IMG/VR virus record: IMGVR_UViG_3300033067_000014
Span: 1 to 26,556 of that record
Reading direction: 5' to 3' (one strand)
DNA length: 26,556 nt
Source of the DNA: a virus
Taxonomy: Duplodnaviria > Caudoviricetes
A program made the translations under genes and the position numbers. Positions 17,063-24,631 of this stretch are shown piece by piece. The notes under the pieces are model-generated. The model was given only the letters and a program-made list of their open reading frames with translations, was not told the origin of the DNA and made no database searches. Each line of letters starts with the position of its first letter. The stretch's first letter is position 1.

Positions 17063-17290
17063 CTATCGTGTGGTTTTGATAATCTTGTGATAAATGACTT
17101 CATTAAGCTCAAGGGCGTATTCGGCCACTTGTTCTGGTGTCATTTTGTCAGCATGATGACGAGCAATGTCATGCGCCAAAGCGACCGCAGTGATGCGTTG
17201 CTGAACGAACCCAAACCAGTCCTTGCGAGACTCGGCTTGGGTTACGAGGAAGTTCAGAAGGTCGCTATTGTCTTTTACTGTAACTGTCAT
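17063..17290 (-). CDS. Hypothetical helical protein
   Basis: 75-aa ORF filling the gap between the tail tube and chaperone genes. Confidence 0.7.
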   Translation of the reverse strand: MTVTVKDNSDLLNFLVTQAESRKDWFGFVQQRITAVALAHDIARHHADKMTPEQVAEYALELNEVIYHKIIKTTR

Positions 17291-17301
17291 GTGGTGTCGT
17301 A

Positions 17302-17826
17302 TTAAGTGTTGTTAGACCAACCGTAGCTGTTGCCACCAACGGGGTGGATGGTGAAGTTGAACTTACCTTCGGCAGATGGAGACATATCCCAAGACATACC
17401 GCCAATCATGCCGTTGAAGGCGTAAGCAACAGTGTCAGTGCCGTCATAGACAGCAACAACGTATGTGCGAACGATTGTGCCGTTGTAGCCGTCATCACGA
17501 ATCAACAACTGAGCGGTGTCAGCAGGGTTCCATGCAGCGGTAACAGCCAAAGATGTCACTTGGTTTTGAGTGGTGATTTTTGCACCAGTACGAGCGCCAG
17601 CCACAGAGTAAGCGGCAACAGCATCGTCAGCACCGAATGCAGGCACAGCTTCCACTGGAATTTGAATGCCAGCAGTACCAGTACCACCAGCGGTAGTGCC
17701 AACGATAGTAGCGACTTGAGCAGTCCAAGTGTTCAACTGAGCGTCAGTGAGGGGAGTTGGAGTTGCGTCATCTTGACACCAGAGGGTTGCAACGTAACCG
17801 GGTAAGACTTTATTGATGAGAGCCAT
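17302..17826 (-). CDS. Major tail (tube) protein
   Basis: Strong AAAGGA RBS; follows the tail terminator; beta-rich with AYAFNGMIGG...GKFNFTIHP. Confidence 0.8.
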   Translation of the reverse strand: MALINKVLPGYVATLWCQDDATPTPLTDAQLNTWTAQVATIVGTTAGGTGTAGIQIPVEAVPAFGADDAVAAYSVAGARTGAKITTQNQVTSLAVTAAWNPADTAQLLIRDDGYNGTIVRTYVVAVYDGTDTVAYAFNGMIGGMSWDMSPSAEGKFNFTIHPVGGNSYGWSNNT

Positions 17827-17861
17827 TTTGATTTCCTTTGAAAAGAGTTGATGTAACTGTC

Positions 17862-18281
17862 TTATGCTGGAACGTCGATGGTGCAGTCCAAGAAGACTTG
17901 CGCCATATTCTGCTCGTTGTCATAGCTGTTGTATAGCCAAACCACATCGGCCTTCGCAATGAAGAACCCATCGGTCGGACTACCAAATTGACCACTATAA
18001 CCGTGTAGGGATTGTAGTACCTGATTGGAAATAGTGAAACCATCCTCAATCTTCTGAGTGAAGATAGAGATTTGGAAAACAGGGCGGTCAATGCCCTTGT
18101 TTCCTTGCGTTTGACCCGTGTAAACGGGTTGATGGACATTACGCAATTGCCATGTGAGGAACTTCGGCTCTCTCGCAAAATTGCGGTTGAATGAAGCGTA
18201 CACAGGGACGGGCGTGACAATGTTTGCCAATTGGTATTGGATTGCCTTGCCATACAGAACTGGATTGAGCTGAGTCGTCAT
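17862..18281 (-). CDS. Tail terminator / tail completion protein
   Basis: 139 aa, ...PVFQISIFT...LQSLHGYSG...FLDCTIDV; lies directly before the tube gene. Confidence 0.75.
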   Translation of the reverse strand: MTTQLNPVLYGKAIQYQLANIVTPVPVYASFNRNFAREPKFLTWQLRNVHQPVYTGQTQGNKGIDRPVFQISIFTQKIEDGFTISNQVLQSLHGYSGQFGSPTDGFFIAKADVVWLYNSYDNEQNMAQVFLDCTIDVPA

Positions 18282-18622
18282 ACTGCGGTCACAGGGTCAT
18301 TGCGGTAGCACAAGAACATAACGGTCATGCGGTCATTTGCCTCGCGCACATCCGTAATACGCCAATCTTGACCGCGCCAAGTAATTGAGTATTGGTCTTG
18401 ACCATCCACGATTTGTTTCATGTTCGGCGTGTAGTTCAGAGTGAACTGAGTCAACTCTTGGTACAAACGATATTTGTCAGCAATCCGCAAGCTATTTGCA
18501 ACATCCGACACACGGGCGCGAGTATCAAACCATTTGGTCTGAGTCGTTGCGCCTTCACCAAACGAACTTTCAGAGAAAGTCAGATTGTTGATTGCAATGT
18601 TCTCGAAACGTGCAATTGCCAT
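18278..18622 (-). CDS. Head closure (head-tail joining) protein
   Basis: 114 aa; ITWRGQDWRITDVRE pattern of SPP1 gp16/FII-like proteins; consistent gene order. Confidence 0.78.
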   Translation of the reverse strand: MAIARFENIAINNLTFSESSFGEGATTQTKWFDTRARVSDVANSLRIADKYRLYQELTQFTLNYTPNMKQIVDGQDQYSITWRGQDWRITDVREANDRMTVMFLCYRNDPVTAV

Positions 18623-19171
18623 TTACATCACCAATGAAATTGATTCAACCCAAAAATACTTTGTTCTTGGACTAACTTTACCAGACAAAAGATAAGACAA
18701 GCTCCCAGTTGGAATGCCAGTTTTCAAACTGGCAGATTCCCAACTCTCATAAATGACTCCATTTATTTGAATTTTTTGCTTATGAGATTCTGAATTTTTT
18801 GCATTGCTTTCTGGCGTTTTTGGCTTTCCAAGATGAGCTTGCCTACACTTTAAGATTGACTCTTTACTGTGCTTTTTCCCATAAAAAGAAAGACCGCCAG
18901 CCGCATCATTACCATCACCGCCAGAAGATTTATTAACCAAAAGGCCAGTATCTTTAAAGCAATGTATGAGAAATTTCTCATGCTCAAACGCTTCTTTTTC
19001 AGAATTCCAAGATGCAAGCATTATTGGCTCGAATCCAGCCTTGCAAACAATATTTTTCCAATGTTTGCTTCTTGCGTCTTTTCTATACATACGACGACCA
19101 GACCCTTTACCTATGTAAAAGATTTGTCCAGTGTCTTTTCTAATGTGGGCGTATGTATAAAACATAATCAC
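18623..19171 (-). CDS. Free-standing GIY-YIG-like homing endonuclease with NUMOD3-like and C-terminal HTH (NUMOD1-like) modules
   Basis: FYTYAH...FYIGKGSGRR, EAFEHEKFLI, LVN; FYGKKHSKES; IQINGVIYESWESAS; AT-rich. Start is GTG 19171 or ATG 19165. Confidence 0.85.
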   Translation of the reverse strand: MIMFYTYAHIRKDTGQIFYIGKGSGRRMYRKDARSKHWKNIVCKAGFEPIMLASWNSEKEAFEHEKFLIHCFKDTGLLVNKSSGGDGNDAAGGLSFYGKKHSKESILKCRQAHLGKPKTPESNAKNSESHKQKIQINGVIYESWESASLKTGIPTGSLSYLLSGKVSPRTKYFWVESISLVM

Positions 19172-19839
19172 ATGACAAGCGGTTTATAAGGACGCAGCAA
19201 GCACTGAACACCCCAAGGAATGTTGTGCTGAATTGGGCCTGTGGTGTCGCTACGATTGTTGTAGAGGTGAGTCAACAACAGCAAACCAGCCTGCTTAATT
19301 ACGGGGTAAGCCGCCAAGGGGTTTGCCGCTGTTGTGTACTCGCAAATCACAGGCGATGTCATAGAACTGTTAAGGTTCGTTGGCAAGTTCGCCACAACAA
19401 CTTTGTTGCCAGATTCGTCATAGTAATACTGACCGACATCAACCGTGATTAACTCAGGTGGGTTGTTGTCGTTCCAATATTTGACCGCATTGATAGTCAC
19501 ACCAGAAAGCGATGGAGTCGAATTTTGACTCACCTCTGGCAAATCTAACGTCAACGGTGTTCCGTTAAGACTTGCAGAGTTGTACCAGACGCGATATGAA
19601 GTTGGGAAGATAGACATACCGAGGAAATCCTCAATAGTCATCCTAACGGCAACTTCCAGACCATTTAGATATGAGTCTTGGCTTTCGTCATCAAACAGGT
19701 TTAGCTGGTTGGTGATTTCGTCCAAAGTCAACCAATGGGTAGCAATGTCACGACTGATTTGCTCTGTCTTTGCATAGTTAAACGGATTGCGGGTTCCCCC
19801 GCCGTAGTTCAAGTAACCGAGTTGTGAATCAGCCGCCAT
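19168..19839 (-). CDS. Head-tail connector (gp6-like, long form)
   Basis: LTLDEITNQL...IEDFLG and IKQAGLLLLTHLYNNRS...IPWGVQCLLRPYK, with a central beta insertion. Confidence 0.88.
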   Translation of the reverse strand: MAADSQLGYLNYGGGTRNPFNYAKTEQISRDIATHWLTLDEITNQLNLFDDESQDSYLNGLEVAVRMTIEDFLGMSIFPTSYRVWYNSASLNGTPLTLDLPEVSQNSTPSLSGVTINAVKYWNDNNPPELITVDVGQYYYDESGNKVVVANLPTNLNSSMTSPVICEYTTAANPLAAYPVIKQAGLLLLTHLYNNRSDTTGPIQHNIPWGVQCLLRPYKPLVM

Positions 19840-19849
19840 TTTTCACCCC

Positions 19850-20866
19850 TTATGCTGCGCTAATACGAGCACCCGCGAACGGGTCACGCACAGAGCTTAC
19901 CAGACGTTTTTCGGCATACAAGGTGATGAAGCCGGGCTGTGTCTGCTCATACATCTGAACATTCATTTGCTCGGTGTCACCGATTGTCAAAAAGCGATTC
20001 CAGTTTGCCAAGTAAACAGGGAAATCGGTAGACAAGTATGGGTTTGGAATAACAGGCCAGCCAAACACGCGACCAACAGCCGCGCCATCAGAATCACCGA
20101 TTTCCAAGAACAAAGGCATACCAGAAGTGTCTTTCAACTCACGCAGAGCCAAAATCATTGCTGGACTCATTTGCCAAGCTGTACCTTCCAATGACCAATA
20201 CTGAGCAGGCAGGGCGTTTGCAGTGTCCACAATCTTGTTGTAGGTCACAGCAGTGCCACCCAAAGACACGGTAGCAATGTCGTGCAAGCCATCGGTCATT
20301 GCAGTGCCACTTGAGCCGTAGGCGCTCACGGAACCAGAAGGGTAGCTATCCAAACCGCGCAGTCCATATTCAGCGCCCGTGGCATCGGTTGTAGAGCCAG
20401 ATTGGTCGTCGTTCAAGACCATTGATTGACCTTCCAATTGAGCGAACTCAAGTGCCAAGTCTTCAACCAATGTAGAGTCCAGAGCGTTCACATCGGACAA
20501 CACAGCAGTACGGATTGGGAGCTGTGCAACCAACACTCGTACTGGCAATTGCCAAATGGATGTGTCAACATCAGGCGAGCCTGAGTTGGGAGTAAATTCG
20601 TAACCCCAAGGGTTTGTAGAGTTTGCAGCGTTACCAGTCTTGGCAACGAATTGAGCATCAGAGCCGTTCACGGCAATTTGGCGTGAGCCTTGACGCAGTG
20701 GATTTGCTTGACGCAGAGCGGCAAACGCATCGTCGAATACAACATTACCACCAACGCCCGAACCAGAACCAGTGATTGCAGAGGCTTCTTTCAGGTCAAT
20801 GGTGACTTTGCCACCTTCGGTAATGGCTTGCTTAATGCCGTTCAGGATTTTTTCGGTGATAGTCAT
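19850..20866 (-). CDS. Second HK97-fold capsid protein (paralogue, 338 aa, short N-terminal leader)
   Basis: Aligns by eye with 20924..22267 along its length. True start is most likely ATG 20866 (MTITEK) with GGA upstream, because the ORF-track start at 20920 lies on the other side of the terminator. Confidence 0.88.
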   Translation of the reverse strand: MTITEKILNGIKQAITEGGKVTIDLKEASAITGSGSGVGGNVVFDDAFAALRQANPLRQGSRQIAVNGSDAQFVAKTGNAANSTNPWGYEFTPNSGSPDVDTSIWQLPVRVLVAQLPIRTAVLSDVNALDSTLVEDLALEFAQLEGQSMVLNDDQSGSTTDATGAEYGLRGLDSYPSGSVSAYGSSGTAMTDGLHDIATVSLGGTAVTYNKIVDTANALPAQYWSLEGTAWQMSPAMILALRELKDTSGMPLFLEIGDSDGAAVGRVFGWPVIPNPYLSTDFPVYLANWNRFLTIGDTEQMNVQMYEQTQPGFITLYAEKRLVSSVRDPFAGARISAA

Positions 20867-20885
20867 AGTTATTCCAATGAAAGTT

Positions 20886-20912
20886 AAAAAGATGGGAGCC
20901 GAAGCCCCCATC
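20886..20912 (-). terminator. Rho-independent terminator between the two capsid genes
   Basis: Minus strand GATGGGGGC-TTCG-GCTCCCATC-TTTTT: 9-bp stem with one G.U pair, C(UUCG)G tetraloop and a U-tract. Confidence 0.9.
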
Positions 20913-20923
20913 CAAGGCAACTA

Positions 20924-22267
20924 TCAGGTTGCAGTGCCAGTCGAGCGGTAACGCACGATTGCGAACGGGTCGCGCACCGATGTAGCCAAACGCTTTTCCC
21001 CGAAGAATGTGATAAATCCGGGTTGTGTTTGGTCGTAGCGACGCATAACCATGTTCAGGCGGTCAATGATGGTGTGACCACGTTGGAAGTCACCAAAGTA
21101 CATTGGGTACAAGCTAGTTGTGCCAGCCGAGCCAGTTGTAGTTTGAGATGGAGTGTCCAAATACTTGTTCACAACAACATCAAAGCCCAACAGACGGCCA
21201 ACGATGCCGTTGGTTTCCAGAGGAGACATACGCTCAAACACAGGAGTGCCGTTGTCGTCTGTCAAACCACGGATTTGAGCCAGCAACACAGGGCTAATGA
21301 TGAACTTTGCGGATTCAGTCCAGTATTGTTGTGGCAAGGCGTAGATGAAGTTCACAACGTCTTTGTAAGTGATGTTAGCTGCGCCAACAGTGTTACCGTT
21401 TGTTGTCAACTGGTCATAAGTGGCCAAGCTGTGCAGGCCGCTTGTAGAACCAGTACCAGAGCTACCGAAAGCAGCAGTAGTAGTAGAGCCACCAGCGTAT
21501 GTAGAAGCAGCGCCAGCGTATTGGTTCAAACCGCGCAAGCCGTTAGAGCCGCCGTATGGCAAGCTGGTAGCGCCTTGGTCGTTGTTTTGAATCATTGACA
21601 GAGCTTCGGCTTGAGCGAATTCAGCCAACATATCGTCAACCACGTTTGCTTCCAAACCGTCGATGTCGTCAAGAGCAGCAGTACGGATAGGGAATTGCAC
21701 GTTCAAGTCTTGCAAAACCAATTGCCAGATCGAAGTGTTTTCAGTTGTTGCCGCGCCGTTGTTTTGGATTGCGTAGCCCCATGCAGCACCAGCATTGCCA
21801 GTCTTCACGCGGAATTGATAGCTAGAGCCATCGGTAGCCACAGTGCGAGACACGCCGCGCATTGGGTTTGCCAAACGCAGAGCGACGAACACAGGGTCAT
21901 AAGCGGTGCGACCACCTTGACCATTGCCGCCACCTGTCAAAGCAGATGCTTCGGCCATGTACGCTTCCATTTGAGACTCGTCTGCAAACACTTGCAGTTG
22001 CTTCTCAAAAGAATTCTTGCCTTCGGCGATTGCCTTGAGCTGTTCTTTCACAGAACGGTTCACATCAGCGCGAACTGACTTGGCTTTTTCTTTGTGAACT
22101 GCGGGAGCAGGAATAGCGGCAACTTTGGCTTCCAAAGCAGCAACCATTTCGCTCATCTCGGCTTTAACAGCTTCGATGGCAGCAGGGATTTTGGCTTCAA
22201 CAGCCACAATGCTCTCAGCTTGTTTAGCTTCGATGGCATCCAATTTTTCGAGAATGACTTGAGACAT
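20924..22267 (-). CDS. Major capsid protein (HK97 fold) with N-terminal coiled-coil delta/scaffold domain
   Basis: Follows the protease; ~105-aa Ala/Glu/Lys-rich coiled coil; LRLANPMR, GRLLGFDVVVN, YFGDFQRG, GFITFFGEKR. Confidence 0.93.
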   Translation of the reverse strand: MSQVILEKLDAIEAKQAESIVAVEAKIPAAIEAVKAEMSEMVAALEAKVAAIPAPAVHKEKAKSVRADVNRSVKEQLKAIAEGKNSFEKQLQVFADESQMEAYMAEASALTGGGNGQGGRTAYDPVFVALRLANPMRGVSRTVATDGSSYQFRVKTGNAGAAWGYAIQNNGAATTENTSIWQLVLQDLNVQFPIRTAALDDIDGLEANVVDDMLAEFAQAEALSMIQNNDQGATSLPYGGSNGLRGLNQYAGAASTYAGGSTTTAAFGSSGTGSTSGLHSLATYDQLTTNGNTVGAANITYKDVVNFIYALPQQYWTESAKFIISPVLLAQIRGLTDDNGTPVFERMSPLETNGIVGRLLGFDVVVNKYLDTPSQTTTGSAGTTSLYPMYFGDFQRGHTIIDRLNMVMRRYDQTQPGFITFFGEKRLATSVRDPFAIVRYRSTGTAT

Positions 22268-22269
22268 GA

Positions 22270-23070
22270 TTAACCTTTCAGGCGTTTGTCGAGGAGTTTT
22301 AACAATTCGCGTTGCTCAAGAGCCGCGAGAATTGCTGCGTTGGTCGCTTCCGCATCAGAATCGCTCTGAGTCGTCGCAGCTTCAATAGGCTCTTGAGTAG
22401 CATCACGCTGCTCAATTACTTTCTTGAATGTAGATGCGGCAGCGACCGCATCTTTCTTGGATAGACCAGCATCACGCAGGGCTTGTTCCAAAACTTTCAG
22501 GTCGGCAGTGCCATCAGCGCGGAAATATTCCAGCTTTTGCACTTCGGCCATTGGATTGTTTGGGTACATCACGACTGAAACTTCACGCAGACCACCTTTG
22601 GTGATTTGGAAGTAGCCGTCTTCGTATGGGTCATCAGAACCAACGGTCATTGGAGTGCCGTCTTCTTTTGTCCACTGATATTCTTCGGCGTATGCGCCAA
22701 CAGACACGCCACCAAACATATTTGGCGACTCGCTCATCACTTGGTACAAGTCAGAGCCTTGAGTGGTGTTGAGATACAAGCGACCGCAGGCTTTCATGCC
22801 TTTGTCATCAAACTCAAATGATGTCCACTCGCCAACAGGAATGGAATCAGCATCATGGTTCACAAACATTGGCAGAGGACGACCAGCTTTGCTGAACGAC
22901 TCAGCCCATTGCATAAATGCTTCGGGTTGGTAGTTGAACTTGCGACCGTCAGCGCCTTCGCGTGGCCCCCAAGTGGTGACAACTGCTTCAATATTGCCTG
23001 TCGGCTCTGCGTTGCCTGCGTTTTCGAGTACCAGCTTGGCCTCGCACACCATCATCAAGTTTTGCGTCAT
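22270..23070 (-). CDS. Prohead maturation protease (HK97 family)
   Basis: PMFVNHD (His), GGVSVG (Ser), LREVSVVMYPNNPMA; C-terminal LEQALRDAGLSKKDA. Confidence 0.92.
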   Translation of the reverse strand: MTQNLMMVCEAKLVLENAGNAEPTGNIEAVVTTWGPREGADGRKFNYQPEAFMQWAESFSKAGRPLPMFVNHDADSIPVGEWTSFEFDDKGMKACGRLYLNTTQGSDLYQVMSESPNMFGGVSVGAYAEEYQWTKEDGTPMTVGSDDPYEDGYFQITKGGLREVSVVMYPNNPMAEVQKLEYFRADGTADLKVLEQALRDAGLSKKDAVAAASTFKKVIEQRDATQEPIEAATTQSDSDAEATNAAILAALEQRELLKLLDKRLKG

Positions 23071-23203
23071 GGATTACCTCATCGACTTTAGTTTGGTCAA
23101 TGTCGTATATTGTTTTTGGTGGCCTACCGCGCTTTGGGGGCGGCGGAACCGTTGGTCTATTCGCTACCAACGATGCTACCATAATCTTAAAAATCAACGA
23201 CAT
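22988..23203 (-). CDS. Possible small basic protein with AT-hook-like motif
   Basis: ATG directly after the portal stop (TAAATG); PKRGRPPK; overlaps the protease gene by 83 nt. Confidence 0.4.
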   Translation of the reverse strand: MSLIFKIMVASLVANRPTVPPPPKRGRPPKTIYDIDQTKVDEVIHDAKLDDGVRGQAGTRKRRQRRADRQY

Positions 23204-24601
23204 TTATTTGCCGATGTTCGCTTTGTTCTTTTGGTTGCCACCACCACCACCTGTGTCTTGAGGGCTTGAGCCTGCAATTGGGTCGCTTGGTTTTGTGTCT
23301 TGCTTCAACTCGTTGCCGCCTTCCATCTGAGCTTTGTTCAGATATTCACGCGCTTCGTTTGGAGTCAGGATGCCAGCGTCAACACCAGCCTTCACATAGT
23401 TCATTTGGTCGATTGGAGCGCCCTTCAAGAAGTTTGCTGTATCGAACTGAACACACAATGAGGGATAGCCGTTGAACAACTGTTGTTTCAACTTCTCTTG
23501 GACGTTCACGATGGTTGGGTACATCGTTGATTTGTAGAACTCGTCCAACATGGTTTGAGTGTTGTTGTACTTGGAGTCGCCAATGCCAATCATTGATGGA
23601 GGCACACCGAACAAACCACAAATACGCTTCATGGTTTGAATCTTCAACTCAGCAGCTTGAGTGTCTTGCAAAGTGAGGATGTCGATTGGGGTGTACTTCA
23701 TGCCTTGGTCGAGCAACATACCTTGGCCGGGCTTCGACTCATCAGTGCGTTGGCTACCAGTCATGTTTGACCAAGCCTCTTTCAAGCGCGAGGCCAATTC
23801 CTTGTACTTGCCATCAGGGATGACTTGCTCGGTCGTAAACATACCCGTTGGCTTCGCACCATTGAGCATGATGAAGTTGGCGTAAACGTCAATGTCTTGG
23901 TCGAGCGTCACCAATTCAGCAGCCAAGATGCCTTTGTTGAAACCAGCCGAACCTTGCCATGCTGCCTCTTTAATGTGCATCACTTGATGCGCGGCCAATG
24001 GCTCGTCTTTGCTGAAACCGTATGAAGGAGTGGACAAACGGTATGAAGGGTAACGAGCTGGATTGATGGTCACAGCAATCAGCGTGGAGTCCAACACATA
24101 CATCTCCATTGGAGTCTGTGAAGGGTTCTTTTGGTCTTCGCGCCACCACAAGGTAAACGCTTCGCCAGACAATTCCAACCACATGAGCCACTGATACCAG
24201 AACTCATACTTCGATTGGAAGTTGTTGGGGTTGTTCAACAGTTTGGAGACTTGCTTGGCTTTGTTCTTGTCACGAACGCCAACAGACTTGTCTTTCACAG
24301 CATCAAGGTACGAACCGTCCTCTTGCTCTGACATGATTTTGATTGGCAACTGAGCCAAGGCTCTTGCCTTTGCGCCAACGCAAGCCATGACAGTGCTGTT
24401 GCGCGTCAATAGGCTCATGTCGATTGTGCGACCAGCAGTATTTGTGCTGGCAGTCGTCACATACAGGACTTGAGTGTTGACTGTCGGGCGAGTATTGCTG
24501 CCCGAATAAACAATGTTGTTACCTAGAGCCGTTTGGCCGAAAAGGTTGTTGCTTTCGTCCGATTGCGTGGACTTGCGCTTGAAAATGTCGAGAATAGCCA
24601 T
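23204..24601 (-). CDS. Portal protein (HK97 family)
   Basis: VMACV...LAQLP, LLNNPNNFQS, LELSGEAF, NGAKPTG, ICGLFGVPPSMIG, GILTPNEARE. ATG 24601 has an AGGAG RBS and is preferred over 24631. Confidence 0.95.
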   Translation of the reverse strand: MAILDIFKRKSTQSDESNNLFGQTALGNNIVYSGSNTRPTVNTQVLYVTTASTNTAGRTIDMSLLTRNSTVMACVGAKARALAQLPIKIMSEQEDGSYLDAVKDKSVGVRDKNKAKQVSKLLNNPNNFQSKYEFWYQWLMWLELSGEAFTLWWREDQKNPSQTPMEMYVLDSTLIAVTINPARYPSYRLSTPSYGFSKDEPLAAHQVMHIKEAAWQGSAGFNKGILAAELVTLDQDIDVYANFIMLNGAKPTGMFTTEQVIPDGKYKELASRLKEAWSNMTGSQRTDESKPGQGMLLDQGMKYTPIDILTLQDTQAAELKIQTMKRICGLFGVPPSMIGIGDSKYNNTQTMLDEFYKSTMYPTIVNVQEKLKQQLFNGYPSLCVQFDTANFLKGAPIDQMNYVKAGVDAGILTPNEAREYLNKAQMEGGNELKQDTKPSDPIAGSSPQDTGGGGGNQKNKANIGK

Positions 24602-24631
24602 GTCAGCTCCTAGTTTCCGTGATGTTATCAC

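Noticed and set aside
17810-18253. 147-aa alternative-frame ORF overlapping the tail terminator gene, and 14049..14534 within the tape measure gene
   Set aside because: Same-strand out-of-frame overlaps of better-supported genes, with no recognisable motifs.
20867-20920. N-terminal extension MPWMGASAPIFLTFIGIT of the second capsid ORF, or a readthrough fusion of the two capsids
   Set aside because: The extension spans the terminator hairpin, and a fusion would need two consecutive different stops (TGA, TAG) to be read through. All three stop codons terminate genes normally elsewhere, so there is no sign of recoding.
21023-22078. Long plus-strand ORFs (191 aa, 155 aa) antisense to the major capsid gene, and similar ones at 17344..17805 and 25103..25612
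   Set aside because: They lie opposite well-supported genes and have no recognisable motifs; best explained as antisense shadows of biased codon usage.
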